Source of the DNA: Bacteroidetes bacterium GWF2_40_14
GTDB lineage: Bacteria > Bacteroidota > Bacteroidia > Bacteroidales > UBA932
DNA: 64,000 nucleotides
Direction: 5' to 3'
NCBI GenBank assembly: GCA_001769195.1
Contig: MEOK01000001.1
Span: forward strand, 169,853-233,852
The position numbers and the translations under genes are program-made. The notes beneath the pieces were generated by a model, which was not told the DNA's origin, searched no databases, and saw nothing but the letters and a program-made list of their open reading frames with translations. Below, one piece after another: positions 10,795 to 21,396 of this stretch (positions are counted from its first letter, which is position 1; every line of letters starts with the position of its first letter).

Positions 10795-11967
10795 ATGAGA
10801 AAATTATTCACGATTCTTGGCCCTTTTGTTTTGGTGGTTTTTATATCATCATCTTGTTCAAGAAAGATATATTATACTGAAAACAAGGAGCAACTGAACA
10901 AAAAAGTCTGGGCATGGATGTCTGGCAAAATTGCCATGACACCAGAACAATGGGAACATTATTTCAGTTGTGCCTCAAGTGCCGGAATAGATGCAATAAT
11001 ATTGGAGTGTCATGGGGGATATCCCGAGATACAAGGTGACACTACAGATTTCACAGACAAGGGGGCAATCACTATTATTAAAACAGCAATACCCTATGCG
11101 AAGAAATTCAATATTGAATTGCATGCATGGATCTGGACAACAAACCGTACAGAATTGAATCTCAGAGAGTCTCATCCTGAACTTTATCAGGTGAATGCAC
11201 TGGGTCAGTCATGTCTTGATATCAAATTGTACAACAGGGAACATTACAGGTGGCTATGCCCTACCCGACCTGGAACAACAGAATATCTGAAGGCTCGGGT
11301 GGCAGAGTTGGCAGAAATTGATGGCCTTGCAGGTATTCACCTGGATTTTATAAGGTATCCAGATGCAATTCTTCCATACGGTTTGCACAAGTCGCGTGGA
11401 GTTTTTCAGGACAAGGTATATCCTCTATGGGATCATTGTTACTGTGAAGCTTGCCGGTCGGCATTCAGCAAAAAAACAGGTATTGACCCCATTAAACTTG
11501 AAGACCCTACATCAAATACAGAATGGATGCAATTCAGATATGATGCCATAGCCAAAGTTGCAAGTGAACTATGCCATGTGATAAAATCGCATGGCAAAAT
11601 TGCTTCTGCTGCAGTTTTTGCATCACCAGTGGAGTCAAAAAAGCTTGTCCGACAAGATTGGGCCAACTTTAAGAATATTGATGTCCTTTTTCCTATGATA
11701 TACCATAAGTTCTATGACAAGCCTGATGAATGGATAGAAACTTCAACAAAAGAGGGAGTTAATGCACTCAGAACACACAAGAGCAGTGCATACCTTTGTT
11801 CAGGATTATTCGTGGGACATGTGACAAAAGAGAGAATTGACGAAATGTTTGATTATGCATCAAAAGGTGGATCAAAAGGAATATGTCTTTTCTCACTAGA
11901 GGGAGTAGACAAAACCGAGGGTTATTGGGATGCTCTCGGTGAAGCAATCATCAGATACAAAAAGTAG
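10795..11967 (+). CDS. GHL10/DUF187-like glycoside hydrolase-like lipoprotein
   Basis: Lipoprotein signal (…FISSSC); TIM-barrel-type motifs LHAWIW, WLCP, GIHLDFIRYPD, QDW and PMIY. Confidence 0.7.
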   Translation: MRKLFTILGPFVLVVFISSSCSRKIYYTENKEQLNKKVWAWMSGKIAMTPEQWEHYFSCASSAGIDAIILECHGGYPEIQGDTTDFTDKGAITIIKTAIPYAKKFNIELHAWIWTTNRTELNLRESHPELYQVNALGQSCLDIKLYNREHYRWLCPTRPGTTEYLKARVAELAEIDGLAGIHLDFIRYPDAILPYGLHKSRGVFQDKVYPLWDHCYCEACRSAFSKKTGIDPIKLEDPTSNTEWMQFRYDAIAKVASELCHVIKSHGKIASAAVFASPVESKKLVRQDWANFKNIDVLFPMIYHKFYDKPDEWIETSTKEGVNALRTHKSSAYLCSGLFVGHVTKERIDEMFDYASKGGSKGICLFSLEGVDKTEGYWDALGEAIIRYKK

Positions 11968-11976
11968 GTTCTTCTT

Positions 11977-12882
11977 TCAGCATTTCTCCTTATAACCACA
12001 ATCGCAAGCTTCGTCTGTATTCTCAAATTCTATTGTGAGGTGTCCGATTCCATACTTCTCCCCTATACAACGAATCTCTTGCTTGTATTTCGCAAGTTCC
12101 TCCAATGATGACTCTTTTTTCAATACAACATGCATAGTGAGAATGTGGTTCTCACCATCCAGGCTCCAAAGATGAAGGTCGTGAATAGATTCAATGGCAT
12201 TCATAATCGTGATTTCCTGTATAAATTCTTCTGTCTTCACTCCCCTTGGAATCTCCTGGAGCATTATTTTTAGTGTTTTGGACAAATTCTTATAGACATT
12301 AATTAAAACCCATATAGTTATTCCTATTGAAAGTAGAGGGTCTATGACCGGTAAGTTGACGAACATCATAACTACGCTTGCAATAAGCACTGCTATCCAG
12401 CCAAGTACGTCTTCCATCATATGAATCAACACTGCTTTTTCATTAAGCGAAGACCCTTTTTTTAGTCGTAATACAGCTGCTCCGTTGACGATTATCCCAA
12501 GGATAGCCAGCAGCAGCATTCCTGTGGCATTTGACTGTTGTGGTTCAATAACTCTTTTTACACTTTCAGCTATTATAAAAATCGAACTTACAGCCAGAAC
12601 AATAGATATGAATATTGATCCAAGAAGCGAAAATCGTTTATATCCATATGAATAAAATTCATCACTTTTTTTACCCGCTCTTTTTTGCAGATAATATGCA
12701 ACTCCGAGAGATATACTGTCGCCGAAATCATGCAGTGCATCTGAAAGTATTGCAACACTATTAGTAAACAATCCGCCTGCCAGCTCAATTATAGCAAACA
12801 GAAAGTTTAAAACAAAGGCCATTTTTATGTTTCCTGAAGATATCGAATTGGCGTTGTCGCCATTATGTTCTTTTGAATCCAT
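11977..12882 (-). CDS. Cation diffusion facilitator (CzcD-like Zn/Co/Cd exporter)
   Basis: SDALHDFGD, YGYKRFSLL, IHMMEDVLG and HDLHLWSL motifs. Start moved to ATG 12882 because a TAnnTTTG (TAGTTTTG, minus strand, 12912-12919) lies inside the longer ORF. Confidence 0.9.
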   Translation of the reverse strand: MDSKEHNGDNANSISSGNIKMAFVLNFLFAIIELAGGLFTNSVAILSDALHDFGDSISLGVAYYLQKRAGKKSDEFYSYGYKRFSLLGSIFISIVLAVSSIFIIAESVKRVIEPQQSNATGMLLLAILGIIVNGAAVLRLKKGSSLNEKAVLIHMMEDVLGWIAVLIASVVMMFVNLPVIDPLLSIGITIWVLINVYKNLSKTLKIMLQEIPRGVKTEEFIQEITIMNAIESIHDLHLWSLDGENHILTMHVVLKKESSLEELAKYKQEIRCIGEKYGIGHLTIEFENTDEACDCGYKEKC

Positions 12883-12977
12883 ATTTATATTATTTCTAAG
12901 AATATCTGATGCAAAACTACTAAGAAATTTATTGATCAAAAATATTTACCTTTGCTCAATATAGTAACAATCCGGCT

Positions 12978-14231
12978 ATGAACAATAATCTGAAAGTCGT
13001 AATCTTCTCATCTTCCTTACATGATTCATCAACTCTTCTTGATACCAGAGTTGAGTTATTCAATGAATTAAGATCTGAATATGAAGTCGAACTAATTGAC
13101 AGTTCACAAGTTGTAAGCTCTTTAGCAGGAGAAGACCTGGTTATCGCATTTATTGCGACAGGTGGAACAGAAGAGAAGTTTGCCGGAAAATACCAATTGC
13201 TCTCTAATCCTGTCGTTATCCTCAGCGATTCTTATCACAACTCACTTGCAGCCTCATTGGAAATCTCTTCATGGCTTAGTAATAAAGAGGTTAAACACAA
13301 ACATTTAAACTTTCCGCTTTCACCATCGAGAAGATTCTGCGAAGATTTTAAACAGGAGGTATCTGCATTAATGCAAATCCAGTTGGCTCGTTATAAATTG
13401 TCTAAAGCTGTTGTTGGTCTTATTGGCGGTGAATCGTCGTGGTTAATCTCCTCCAAAGTGAATCTCAATTTTGTGTCAGAAAAATTTGAGACAAAATTTC
13501 TCCCCATAAATATTTCCGAACTGGAGGAATTATATAAAAATGAGGATGTTTCATTCAGTATTAATGAACCATTGATTCAGGAGATGACAGATAAAAGGGA
13601 TGGTGACAGATCTCAAAAAGACATTACTGATGCAATTAAAATGTATCTGGCTTTGAATAAACTAATTGATGTTCACAATTTGAGTGCTCTTACAATAAAG
13701 TGTTTCGACTTGTTATCATCTTGCAGGACAACATCATGCCTGGCTTTATCATTGTTGAACGATAGAGGAATTGTAGCTGGTTGTGAGGGTGATATTCCCT
13801 CTTTATGGTCAATGTTGATTGCTGACGCGCTTTGCGGGACTGCATCGTTTATGGCAAACCCATCATCAATAGAGGTTGATGAAAAAAGTGTCGACTTTGC
13901 TCATTGCACAGCTCCCGTAAGTTTGTCAAAGAGCTATACCCTTCCTTCTCATTATGAATCAAAGATTGGAATTGGTATTGCTGCACAACTACCTCTTGGA
14001 AAGTATACTATTTTTAAATGCAGTGGGGAAAACCTGGATAGATACTACGCATATGAGGGAGAAATTGTCCAGAATACAAGTGTAGTTGAACGATGCAGGA
14101 CGCAGGTTAAATTTATTTTCAAGTCCGCTCTTGATTTAGATGAATTTCTTAACAGTCATTCAGGAAATCACGCTATAATTCTACCAGGAAAGCATAAAAA
14201 AATATTGAGTGAATTTTTTAATCTTAATTGA
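12978..14231 (+). CDS. L-fucose/L-arabinose isomerase-like protein
   Basis: ALTIKCF...CLALSLLND.GIVAGCEGD and FAHCT motifs, C-terminal GNH; TACCTTTG element at 12947-12954. Confidence 0.65.
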   Translation: MNNNLKVVIFSSSLHDSSTLLDTRVELFNELRSEYEVELIDSSQVVSSLAGEDLVIAFIATGGTEEKFAGKYQLLSNPVVILSDSYHNSLAASLEISSWLSNKEVKHKHLNFPLSPSRRFCEDFKQEVSALMQIQLARYKLSKAVVGLIGGESSWLISSKVNLNFVSEKFETKFLPINISELEELYKNEDVSFSINEPLIQEMTDKRDGDRSQKDITDAIKMYLALNKLIDVHNLSALTIKCFDLLSSCRTTSCLALSLLNDRGIVAGCEGDIPSLWSMLIADALCGTASFMANPSSIEVDEKSVDFAHCTAPVSLSKSYTLPSHYESKIGIGIAAQLPLGKYTIFKCSGENLDRYYAYEGEIVQNTSVVERCRTQVKFIFKSALDLDEFLNSHSGNHAIILPGKHKKILSEFFNLN

Positions 14232-14238
14232 TTCAACA

Positions 14239-15633
14239 ATGAAATATATCATGTCAAAACACATAAATTCAATACGTAAAACAATATTGTTAATATTAAC
14301 AACAATTGTGTTACTAGGTGCTAATGAAGCATTCTCGCAACAAATTGATAATCTTGACCCAGTAATAATTAATGCCGTCTCCTCTATCTCTGCTGATAGT
14401 ATTAAAAATTATGTCGCAGATCTTCTTAAGTTCCATACAAGACATAATCTTAGTTCAAAAAGTGATAAGAACAAAGGAATAGGAGCTGCATCAGATTATA
14501 TTTTCAATAAAATCAACTCATTTACCAAAGAATCCGGGCCTGTAATATCTGTGGAAAGAATAGAATACAAAGCAGGAGGAAAAGGAAGCAGGCTGGGCAG
14601 AGAGATTGTATTATCCAACATAGTTGCTACGATAAAGGGTTCTTCTGCCAAAGATAAAAGAGTGATTGTTCTACTTGCCCATTACGACAACCGTATTGAC
14701 AATAATAACGATTCAACCTCGTTTGCCCCCGGGGCTAACGACAACGGAAGCGGAGTATCTGCTCTGATTGAGATAGCGAGGGTATTATCTTCTTACAAAC
14801 TACCAGTAACAATAAAACTTATTTTTTTGTCCGGAGAGGAACATGGCCTTCTGGGGGCAGACCATATGGCCCAGATTGCTATGGACGAAAAATGGGATAT
14901 TGTCGCTGTCATTAATAATGATATGATAGGAAACTCGGCTGCAAGCGAAACAGACAGCAGGAATAATACCAGGGTGAGAATCTTTTCCGAAAATATTCCA
15001 GCCTTGGAAAGTGATGATATGAAAAAAGAGAGACTCTTCAATTCATCCGAAAACGACAGCCCTTCGCGTCAATTAGCAAGATATATTAAGGAAACAGGAG
15101 AAAGGTATGTATTGAACCTGAACATTAGCCTTATATACAGGAATGATAGGTTTGGCCGTGGTGGAGACCATACTCCATTCAGTAAGAGAGGTTTCACATC
15201 AGTTAGGATTTGCGAATACTATGAGAACTACAACAGAACACACCAACCAATTATTTTCAAAAATGGAATCCAATATGGTGACCTTATTGAAGGAGTCGAC
15301 TTTGAATATGTAAGAAAGAATGCCTCGGTCAATCTTTCAACTGTGATGAACCTCTCTTTAGCTCCTTCAGTTCCTGCTGAAGTAAAAATTGACCTCTCCT
15401 CTTTGTCCGGTGAAAGCAAAATTACATGGAGGTCTCCTGAAACAGGGAAGAAACCAGATGCTTACTATTTGTTAATTAGGGAAACAGATAAATCTCAGTG
15501 GGAAAGAAAAATACTTGTTAAGACGAATAGTATTATTGTCCCTTTAAGCAGAGATAATTTTTTCTTCGGCATTCAATCTGTAGATAACATAGGGCATGAA
15601 AGCCTGCCGGTGCTTGCAACCGGCACCAGATAA
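14239..15633 (+). CDS. M28 family metallopeptidase, secreted, with C-terminal Fn3-like domain
   Basis: AHYD, PGANDNGSG, SGEEHGLLGA, NNDMIG and GGDHTPF motifs; signal peptide. Start uncertain (14239 or 14251). Confidence 0.88.
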   Translation: MKYIMSKHINSIRKTILLILTTIVLLGANEAFSQQIDNLDPVIINAVSSISADSIKNYVADLLKFHTRHNLSSKSDKNKGIGAASDYIFNKINSFTKESGPVISVERIEYKAGGKGSRLGREIVLSNIVATIKGSSAKDKRVIVLLAHYDNRIDNNNDSTSFAPGANDNGSGVSALIEIARVLSSYKLPVTIKLIFLSGEEHGLLGADHMAQIAMDEKWDIVAVINNDMIGNSAASETDSRNNTRVRIFSENIPALESDDMKKERLFNSSENDSPSRQLARYIKETGERYVLNLNISLIYRNDRFGRGGDHTPFSKRGFTSVRICEYYENYNRTHQPIIFKNGIQYGDLIEGVDFEYVRKNASVNLSTVMNLSLAPSVPAEVKIDLSSLSGESKITWRSPETGKKPDAYYLLIRETDKSQWERKILVKTNSIIVPLSRDNFFFGIQSVDNIGHESLPVLATGTR

Positions 15634-15636
15634 TAT

Positions 15637-16467
15637 ATGAAAAACATGTACAGAATATCCTTCTGCGGGTCAGGAAACGTAGCATACCGATTGTCAATGG
15701 CAATAAAAGCGGCAGGTTTTCCTGTTCCGTATATTTGCGGACGTAATTCAGAATCGTCTGAAAAACTGGTTCATATCCTTAACAAGACCGACAATAATCC
15801 CCACCATATAACTGAAAGCACAAAGTATACAAATGAGATAAAAATGCTTGCCGATTCAGATATTGTAATCATGGCAGTTTCAGATGACGCAATTGAAGTA
15901 CTTGCAGACAATTTTGTCAAGGCTTTTACAGGGATTGTAAAGAAACCAATCTTACTTCATACCAGTGGTGCTTCTTCATTGAATCTGCTTTCCGGAAATG
16001 ATTCATATGGAGTAATTTACCCATTAATGACTCTAAGTAAGATAAAACCGGTGGATTTCAGACAAATACCTTTTTTTATTGAATTTTCAGACGATGATGT
16101 TAAAAATATTCTTACTGAAATTATCTTCTCACTAGGTGCAGAATACAGAATTACGGACTCACAGGAGAGGCTAAAAATTCATCTTGCAGCTGTTTATGTC
16201 AGTAATTTTGTCAACTATCTGACAGGACTGGCATTCGACATAGCAAAACCAAACCACATGTTTCTCATGCCCCTTGCAATAGAGACTGTCAGAAAGGCAT
16301 TTCTTTACGAACATCCATCTATTGTTCAAACCGGTCCAGCAAAAAGAGGAGATAAGAAAACCATTGAAAAGCACCTCTCTCTCCTCTCAACCATGAATGA
16401 ACACAAAGAGATGTATGAGGTTATCTCAAAACTGATAGCAGGACAAAAAACAAAAAAAAACATATAA
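15637..16467 (+). CDS. Rossmann-like and DUF2520 domain protein
   Basis: GSGNVA Rossmann motif, HTSGA, YPLMT, HLAAV..SNF and QTGPAKRGD motifs. Confidence 0.85.
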   Translation: MKNMYRISFCGSGNVAYRLSMAIKAAGFPVPYICGRNSESSEKLVHILNKTDNNPHHITESTKYTNEIKMLADSDIVIMAVSDDAIEVLADNFVKAFTGIVKKPILLHTSGASSLNLLSGNDSYGVIYPLMTLSKIKPVDFRQIPFFIEFSDDDVKNILTEIIFSLGAEYRITDSQERLKIHLAAVYVSNFVNYLTGLAFDIAKPNHMFLMPLAIETVRKAFLYEHPSIVQTGPAKRGDKKTIEKHLSLLSTMNEHKEMYEVISKLIAGQKTKKNI

Positions 16468-16476
16468 CAACCATTT

Positions 16477-17007
16477 ATGTCAAATTATAAAATCAAACTC
16501 TCTAAAATCAAAGCTTTTGCATTTGATGTAGACGGCGTATTCACCGATGGGACCGTACTTGCAACAGAGACTGGCGACCTTCTTAGATCACACAATGCAA
16601 AAGACGGCTTTGCTGTCAGAAAGGCAATTATTCAGGGTTTTCCTGTTGCAATTATTACTGGAGGAGCTTCAGAAAGTATTGTGAAACGATTCGCTCTCAT
16701 TGGAATGGATAGAAATGACATCTACCTTAAATCAAATTATAAAATCCCTGACTTCATTGACTTTTGTGAAAGGCACAAATTGCAGCCCGATGAGGTTCTG
16801 TTTATGGGTGACGATATCCCAGATATAGGTGTGCTTAAGTTGTGCGGTCTGGCAACATGCCCAGCAGATGCTGTTTCTGAAGTAAAAGAGATAAGTGAAT
16901 ACATTTCACTTTATCCTGGAGGCAAAGGATGTGTTAGAGACGTAATAGAACAGACACTTAAAATCCATAATAAATGGAACACAGATCCCGAAACATATTC
17001 TGGTTAA
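16477..17007 (+). CDS. kdsC: KdsC-like 3-deoxy-D-manno-octulosonate 8-phosphate phosphatase (HAD)
   Basis: FDVDGVFTDG, FMGDDIPDI and GGKGCVRDVIE motifs. Confidence 0.85.
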   Translation: MSNYKIKLSKIKAFAFDVDGVFTDGTVLATETGDLLRSHNAKDGFAVRKAIIQGFPVAIITGGASESIVKRFALIGMDRNDIYLKSNYKIPDFIDFCERHKLQPDEVLFMGDDIPDIGVLKLCGLATCPADAVSEVKEISEYISLYPGGKGCVRDVIEQTLKIHNKWNTDPETYSG

Positions 17008-17029
17008 TTTCACTGCTTAAGAAAAACAA

Positions 17030-17623
17030 ATGTTGCGAGATAAACTAAAAGGGTTTGATATTATCCTAGCCTCTGCTTCACCCAGGCGGAGACAGTTACT
17101 TGAAGGAATAGATCTGGATTTCACAATTGAAAATGGTGGGGATATCGAGGAGATATTTGATCCTACAATGAATGTAATGTTGGTCCCGGAATATCTGGCA
17201 GAACTAAAATCCAAAGAATTTGCCAGAGCGCTCAATCATAATGAAATTCTTATTACAGCCGACACTATGGTCCTGTGTGATAACGAAATACTTGGCAAAC
17301 CCCTTGACAGGCAGGATGCTGTAGCAATGCTTGTTAAGCTTTCAGGAAAAAAACATAAGGTATTAACCGGAGTATTTATAAGAAGCAACTCTAAAAGCAG
17401 ATCATTTACAGCAACTACAGATGTATATTTCAGAGATTTGTCAATGAAAGAAATTGAGTACTATGTAGACAAGTATAACCCTTATGATAAGGCTGGCGCA
17501 TACGGAGCACAAGAGTGGATCGGTTATATAGCAATAAGCCGGATTGAGGGTTCATACTTCAATGTCATGGGGCTTCCTGTTCAACGACTGTACATAGAAC
17601 TGGATAAATTCTTAAGTGACTAA
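17030..17623 (+). CDS. maf: Maf-family nucleoside triphosphate pyrophosphatase (YhdE type)
   Basis: [18 protein letters not shown] and DKAGAYG motifs. Confidence 0.93.
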   Translation: MLRDKLKGFDIILASASPRRRQLLEGIDLDFTIENGGDIEEIFDPTMNVMLVPEYLAELKSKEFARALNHNEILITADTMVLCDNEILGKPLDRQDAVAMLVKLSGKKHKVLTGVFIRSNSKSRSFTATTDVYFRDLSMKEIEYYVDKYNPYDKAGAYGAQEWIGYIAISRIEGSYFNVMGLPVQRLYIELDKFLSD

Positions 17624-19513
17624 AGAATATAGTTCGTTTTCTACTTTCACACCTTCTCTGTCAATAAGATCTCTCAGGATATGAATATACGTATCTGTCT
17701 CATCCTCCATTAATACAGAAATTTCATTTAATGACCTGGGAGCCAATGCCAAAAGTTCAATTAATTTTCTTTCTATCTCATATTCATAACTCCTCCCATC
17801 TCCAGCCTTTCGGTATTCAATGCAAACATCACAAAACCCACATTCAGGAGAATTGTCCTGACCAAAATATTTAAGTAACTGAATTGATCGACATTCTTCA
17901 TTGTCAGAAACATAAGAAATAATGCCATCAATTCTTGTCTGATATGTATTCTTGCGTTCCTCGTACTTCTTTGTAGAAATAAAAAGGTTTTTATTATCCA
18001 GCCTCTCTTCGTTTAATATTAGCAAAGGGGACCTCACACTAGGTATATAATTAATTATGTGCATTCTGGAGAGCAAAATCAGGTTTGATGCAACAGATGC
18101 CTTGCTGTTTCTTGAAACTCGCGCAATGTACTCTTCATCAATAGGTACAAATGCGGAAAAAAGTCCTGTGTATATCCTTAGTATGACCTTAATAAACGAG
18201 TCAAGAGAGGTACTCTTCAATTGTATTTTATACAGCTCATCTCTGTTTACAGTAAACATGATCCTGCTTGGGTTATCAATATCTTCTGTCAGATACCAGT
18301 ATCCCTCTGTCTGTATGTACTTGATGGCATGATAAGCCGACAGAGTATGCAATTTCATATTTTTGGCAAAATCAGCAAGATTGAATTTTATCACATCACC
18401 CTTTCCCGATCCATATGCAAGTCCAAGGTAGATAAACAGCTTTTGGTATATATCCTTTATATAGTCAATTTTCGGAAAAGTAAGATTAGTTATCTGACGA
18501 AGTCTGCTTATATCTGTCCTGTTCCATAGCAGAACCGCATATGCTCTCTCTTGGTCACGACCGGCTCTTCCTGCCTCCTGGAAATAGGCCTCAACAGACT
18601 CAGGCAGGTCATAATGGCACACGAATCTGACATCGCTCTTATCTATTCCCATCCCAAAAGCATTGGTTGATACGATTACTCTTGTCTCTCCTTTTTTCCA
18701 CGCATCTTGTTTTTTTGACCTTTCTAAAGAGTTGAATCCAGCATGATAAGCCTCAGCATCTATTCCTTGAGAAAGGAGAAAAGCAGCAAGTTCTTCTGCC
18801 CGTTTTCGTTCTCGCACATAAATAATTCCTGACCCCGGAACAGAGTGTGCAATTTTTAGAATCTGTCCGTTTTTGTCTTCTACATTCCTTACAACATATG
18901 AAATATTGGGCCTTTCAAACCCTGATTTTATCTGGTTAGGTTTTTTGAAACCTAGCTGATTCATTATATCTTCAGCAACTAAAGGGGTTGCGGTAGCCGT
19001 AAGTGCAATAATTGGGACATCCCCTATTATCTCCTTAAATTCTTTTATCGAGAGATAGCTGGGTCTGAAGTCATACCCCCATTGCGAGATACAATGAGCT
19101 TCATCAACTACCAGATAATTAATTTTCATCTGGGCAACTCTCACTTTAAGCATTTCGTTATGCAGCCTCTCTGGAGATATGTACAAAAACTTATAATCTC
19201 CATAGACAGCATTATCCAGAGCAATGTCAATCTCATTTTTCGTCATGCCTGAATGCACTGCCAATGCTTTAATATTTTTATTTCTAAGTGTCTCCACCTG
19301 ATCTTTCATTAAAGCAATAAGTGGAGAAACAACAATACAGACACCCTCGCGTATCAAAGCAGGAATCTGGAAACAAACAGATTTACCTCCTCCGGTAGGT
19401 AGAAGCGCCAAAGTGTCATAACCAGAAAGAGCAGAGTTTATAATCTCCTCCTGCATGGGCCTGAATGACTCATAGGACCAGTATTTTTCAAGTATTTCCA
19501 GAGGAGTGTTCAT
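17612..19513 (-). CDS. RecQ-family ATP-dependent DNA helicase
   Basis: [31 protein letters not shown] and Zn-binding C(R)...CG.CDVC motifs; no obvious HRDC domain. Confidence 0.95.
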   Translation of the reverse strand: MNTPLEILEKYWSYESFRPMQEEIINSALSGYDTLALLPTGGGKSVCFQIPALIREGVCIVVSPLIALMKDQVETLRNKNIKALAVHSGMTKNEIDIALDNAVYGDYKFLYISPERLHNEMLKVRVAQMKINYLVVDEAHCISQWGYDFRPSYLSIKEFKEIIGDVPIIALTATATPLVAEDIMNQLGFKKPNQIKSGFERPNISYVVRNVEDKNGQILKIAHSVPGSGIIYVRERKRAEELAAFLLSQGIDAEAYHAGFNSLERSKKQDAWKKGETRVIVSTNAFGMGIDKSDVRFVCHYDLPESVEAYFQEAGRAGRDQERAYAVLLWNRTDISRLRQITNLTFPKIDYIKDIYQKLFIYLGLAYGSGKGDVIKFNLADFAKNMKLHTLSAYHAIKYIQTEGYWYLTEDIDNPSRIMFTVNRDELYKIQLKSTSLDSFIKVILRIYTGLFSAFVPIDEEYIARVSRNSKASVASNLILLSRMHIINYIPSVRSPLLILNEERLDNKNLFISTKKYEERKNTYQTRIDGIISYVSDNEECRSIQLLKYFGQDNSPECGFCDVCIEYRKAGDGRSYEYEIERKLIELLALAPRSLNEISVLMEDETDTYIHILRDLIDREGVKVENELYSLVT

Positions 19514-19638
19514 AGCATTTTGGTATAAGGCAAATTTAGTAAAAATCGGGTGTTTATGGCAAGATTTTTGCTGAATTATAATGCGTTTTTATCGAATGAT
19601 AAGATAATAATATCGGTTTTAATAAAATTTTTATATAT

Positions 19639-21231
19639 ATGACAAATTTAGATCTAACCAAGTACGGCATTAAAAATGTTGAAAATGTTATCCACAACCC
19701 TTCTTACGAAGTTATGTTTCAAGCAGAAATGTCTGAGAAAAATGAAGGATTTGAAAAAGGCACCCTTACAAATACTGGAGCAGTAGCTGTTAAAACCGGA
19801 GTTTTCACAGGTAGGTCCCCCAAGGATAAGTTCATTGTTAAAGACTCAATAACCGAAAACACTATATGGTGGGATGGTACTATAAATAAACCTATTGAAC
19901 AAAAAGCATGGGCAGATTGCAAAGAATTAGTTCAAAATCAACTTTCTGACAAAGAGACTATTTATGTAGTGGATGCATATTGCGGCACAAACGAAGATAC
20001 CCGCATTAAGGTTCGTTTTATAATGGAAGTTGCCTGGCAGGCACATTTCGTAACGAATATGTTTATACGACCATCAAAGTACGAACTAACCAATTTCGGT
20101 GAACCAGATTTTGTTTTTTTGAATGGCTCAAAAGTTACAAATCCTAAATGGAAAGAACATAATCTGCATTCAGAAGTTTTCGTTCTATTTAATCTCACAG
20201 AGAAAATGTCTGTTTGTGGAGGCACCTGGTATGGAGGAGAGATGAAGAAAGGGATATTCTCTATGATGAACTATTATCTACCGCTTAAAGGAATAGCATC
20301 AATGCATTGTTCAGCAAATGTTGGAAATGATGGTGACGTTGCTGTATTCTTTGGCCTTTCAGGCACAGGAAAGACTACTCTTTCTGCTGACCCAAAAAGA
20401 TATCTCATTGGTGACGACGAGCACGGCTGGGACGAACATGGTGTATTTAACTATGAAGGTGGATGTTATGCAAAAACAATCAATTTGAGTGAAGAAAACG
20501 AACCTGATATATGGGGAGCAATAAAGAGAGACGCCCTTTTGGAGAACGTAACTGTAAATCCTGACGGTTCAGTAGATTATGCAGATGGATCAATTACCGA
20601 AAATACTCGCGTATCATACCCAATCTATCATATCAACAAAATAGTACTCCCATCAAAAGCCGGTCATGCAAAGAAGATAATATATCTTTCAGCTGATGCT
20701 TTTGGCGTTTTGCCTCCTGTTTCTATTCTTGACAAAGATCAGGCACAGTATCATTTCCTTTGCGGGTATACATCAAAATTAGCCGGAACAGAAAGAGGTA
20801 TAACAGAACCGGTTCCATCCTTCTCACCTGCATTTGGCGAAGCATTCCTTACTTTGCACCCAACAGTATACGCCCAGACTCTTGCTAAGAAAATGGATGA
20901 GCATGGTGCTAAAGCATATCTTGTAAACACCGGATGGAACGGTACAGGTAAAAGAATATCAATTAAAGATACACGTGCAATTATTGACTCGATTATTGAA
21001 GGTACGATTGATCAGGTTCCTACTGTTAAGATTCCTATACTCAACCTTACAGCTCCTGTAAAATTAAAGAATGTATCAGAGGGTATTCTTGATCCAAGAG
21101 ATACTTATACCAACAAAGAGGAGTGGGCAGAAAAGGCTAAGTCACTAGCTGCAAAATACATAAAGAATTTTGAACAATATTGCGACAACGATGCGGCAAA
21201 GGCTCTTATAGCTTGCGGACCAAAGTTGTAG
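19639..21231 (+). CDS. pckA: Phosphoenolpyruvate carboxykinase (ATP)
   Basis: [31 protein letters not shown] and EGGCYAK motifs. Confidence 0.98.
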   Translation: MTNLDLTKYGIKNVENVIHNPSYEVMFQAEMSEKNEGFEKGTLTNTGAVAVKTGVFTGRSPKDKFIVKDSITENTIWWDGTINKPIEQKAWADCKELVQNQLSDKETIYVVDAYCGTNEDTRIKVRFIMEVAWQAHFVTNMFIRPSKYELTNFGEPDFVFLNGSKVTNPKWKEHNLHSEVFVLFNLTEKMSVCGGTWYGGEMKKGIFSMMNYYLPLKGIASMHCSANVGNDGDVAVFFGLSGTGKTTLSADPKRYLIGDDEHGWDEHGVFNYEGGCYAKTINLSEENEPDIWGAIKRDALLENVTVNPDGSVDYADGSITENTRVSYPIYHINKIVLPSKAGHAKKIIYLSADAFGVLPPVSILDKDQAQYHFLCGYTSKLAGTERGITEPVPSFSPAFGEAFLTLHPTVYAQTLAKKMDEHGAKAYLVNTGWNGTGKRISIKDTRAIIDSIIEGTIDQVPTVKIPILNLTAPVKLKNVSEGILDPRDTYTNKEEWAEKAKSLAAKYIKNFEQYCDNDAAKALIACGPKL

Positions 21232-21279
21232 TAACTGACATATGGGTTACATATCGTGTGCCCGATAATTTTACCTGAC

Positions 21280-21343
21280 AAACGGGAATTGACAGAAGTT
21301 GTACAACAACTCAATAATCTGCCAATTTCCGTTTTCTGTTTTT
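21280..21343 (+). terminator. Long hairpin after pckA, possible intrinsic terminator
   Basis: AAACGGGAATTGACAGA (21280-96) pairs with TCTGCCAATTTCCGTTT (21318-34) with one G-U and one mismatch; inner AGTTG/CAACT helix; followed by TCTGTTTTT. Confidence 0.45.
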
Positions 21344-21396
21344 ACTTAATGCAAATAGGAAAGAAAAATATTAATAACTTTAGAAAAAAATTAAAA

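Noticed and set aside
21256-21396. 47-aa N-terminal extension of the peptidase ORF
   Set aside because: It runs through the hairpin region; the lipoprotein signal begins at ATG 21397.
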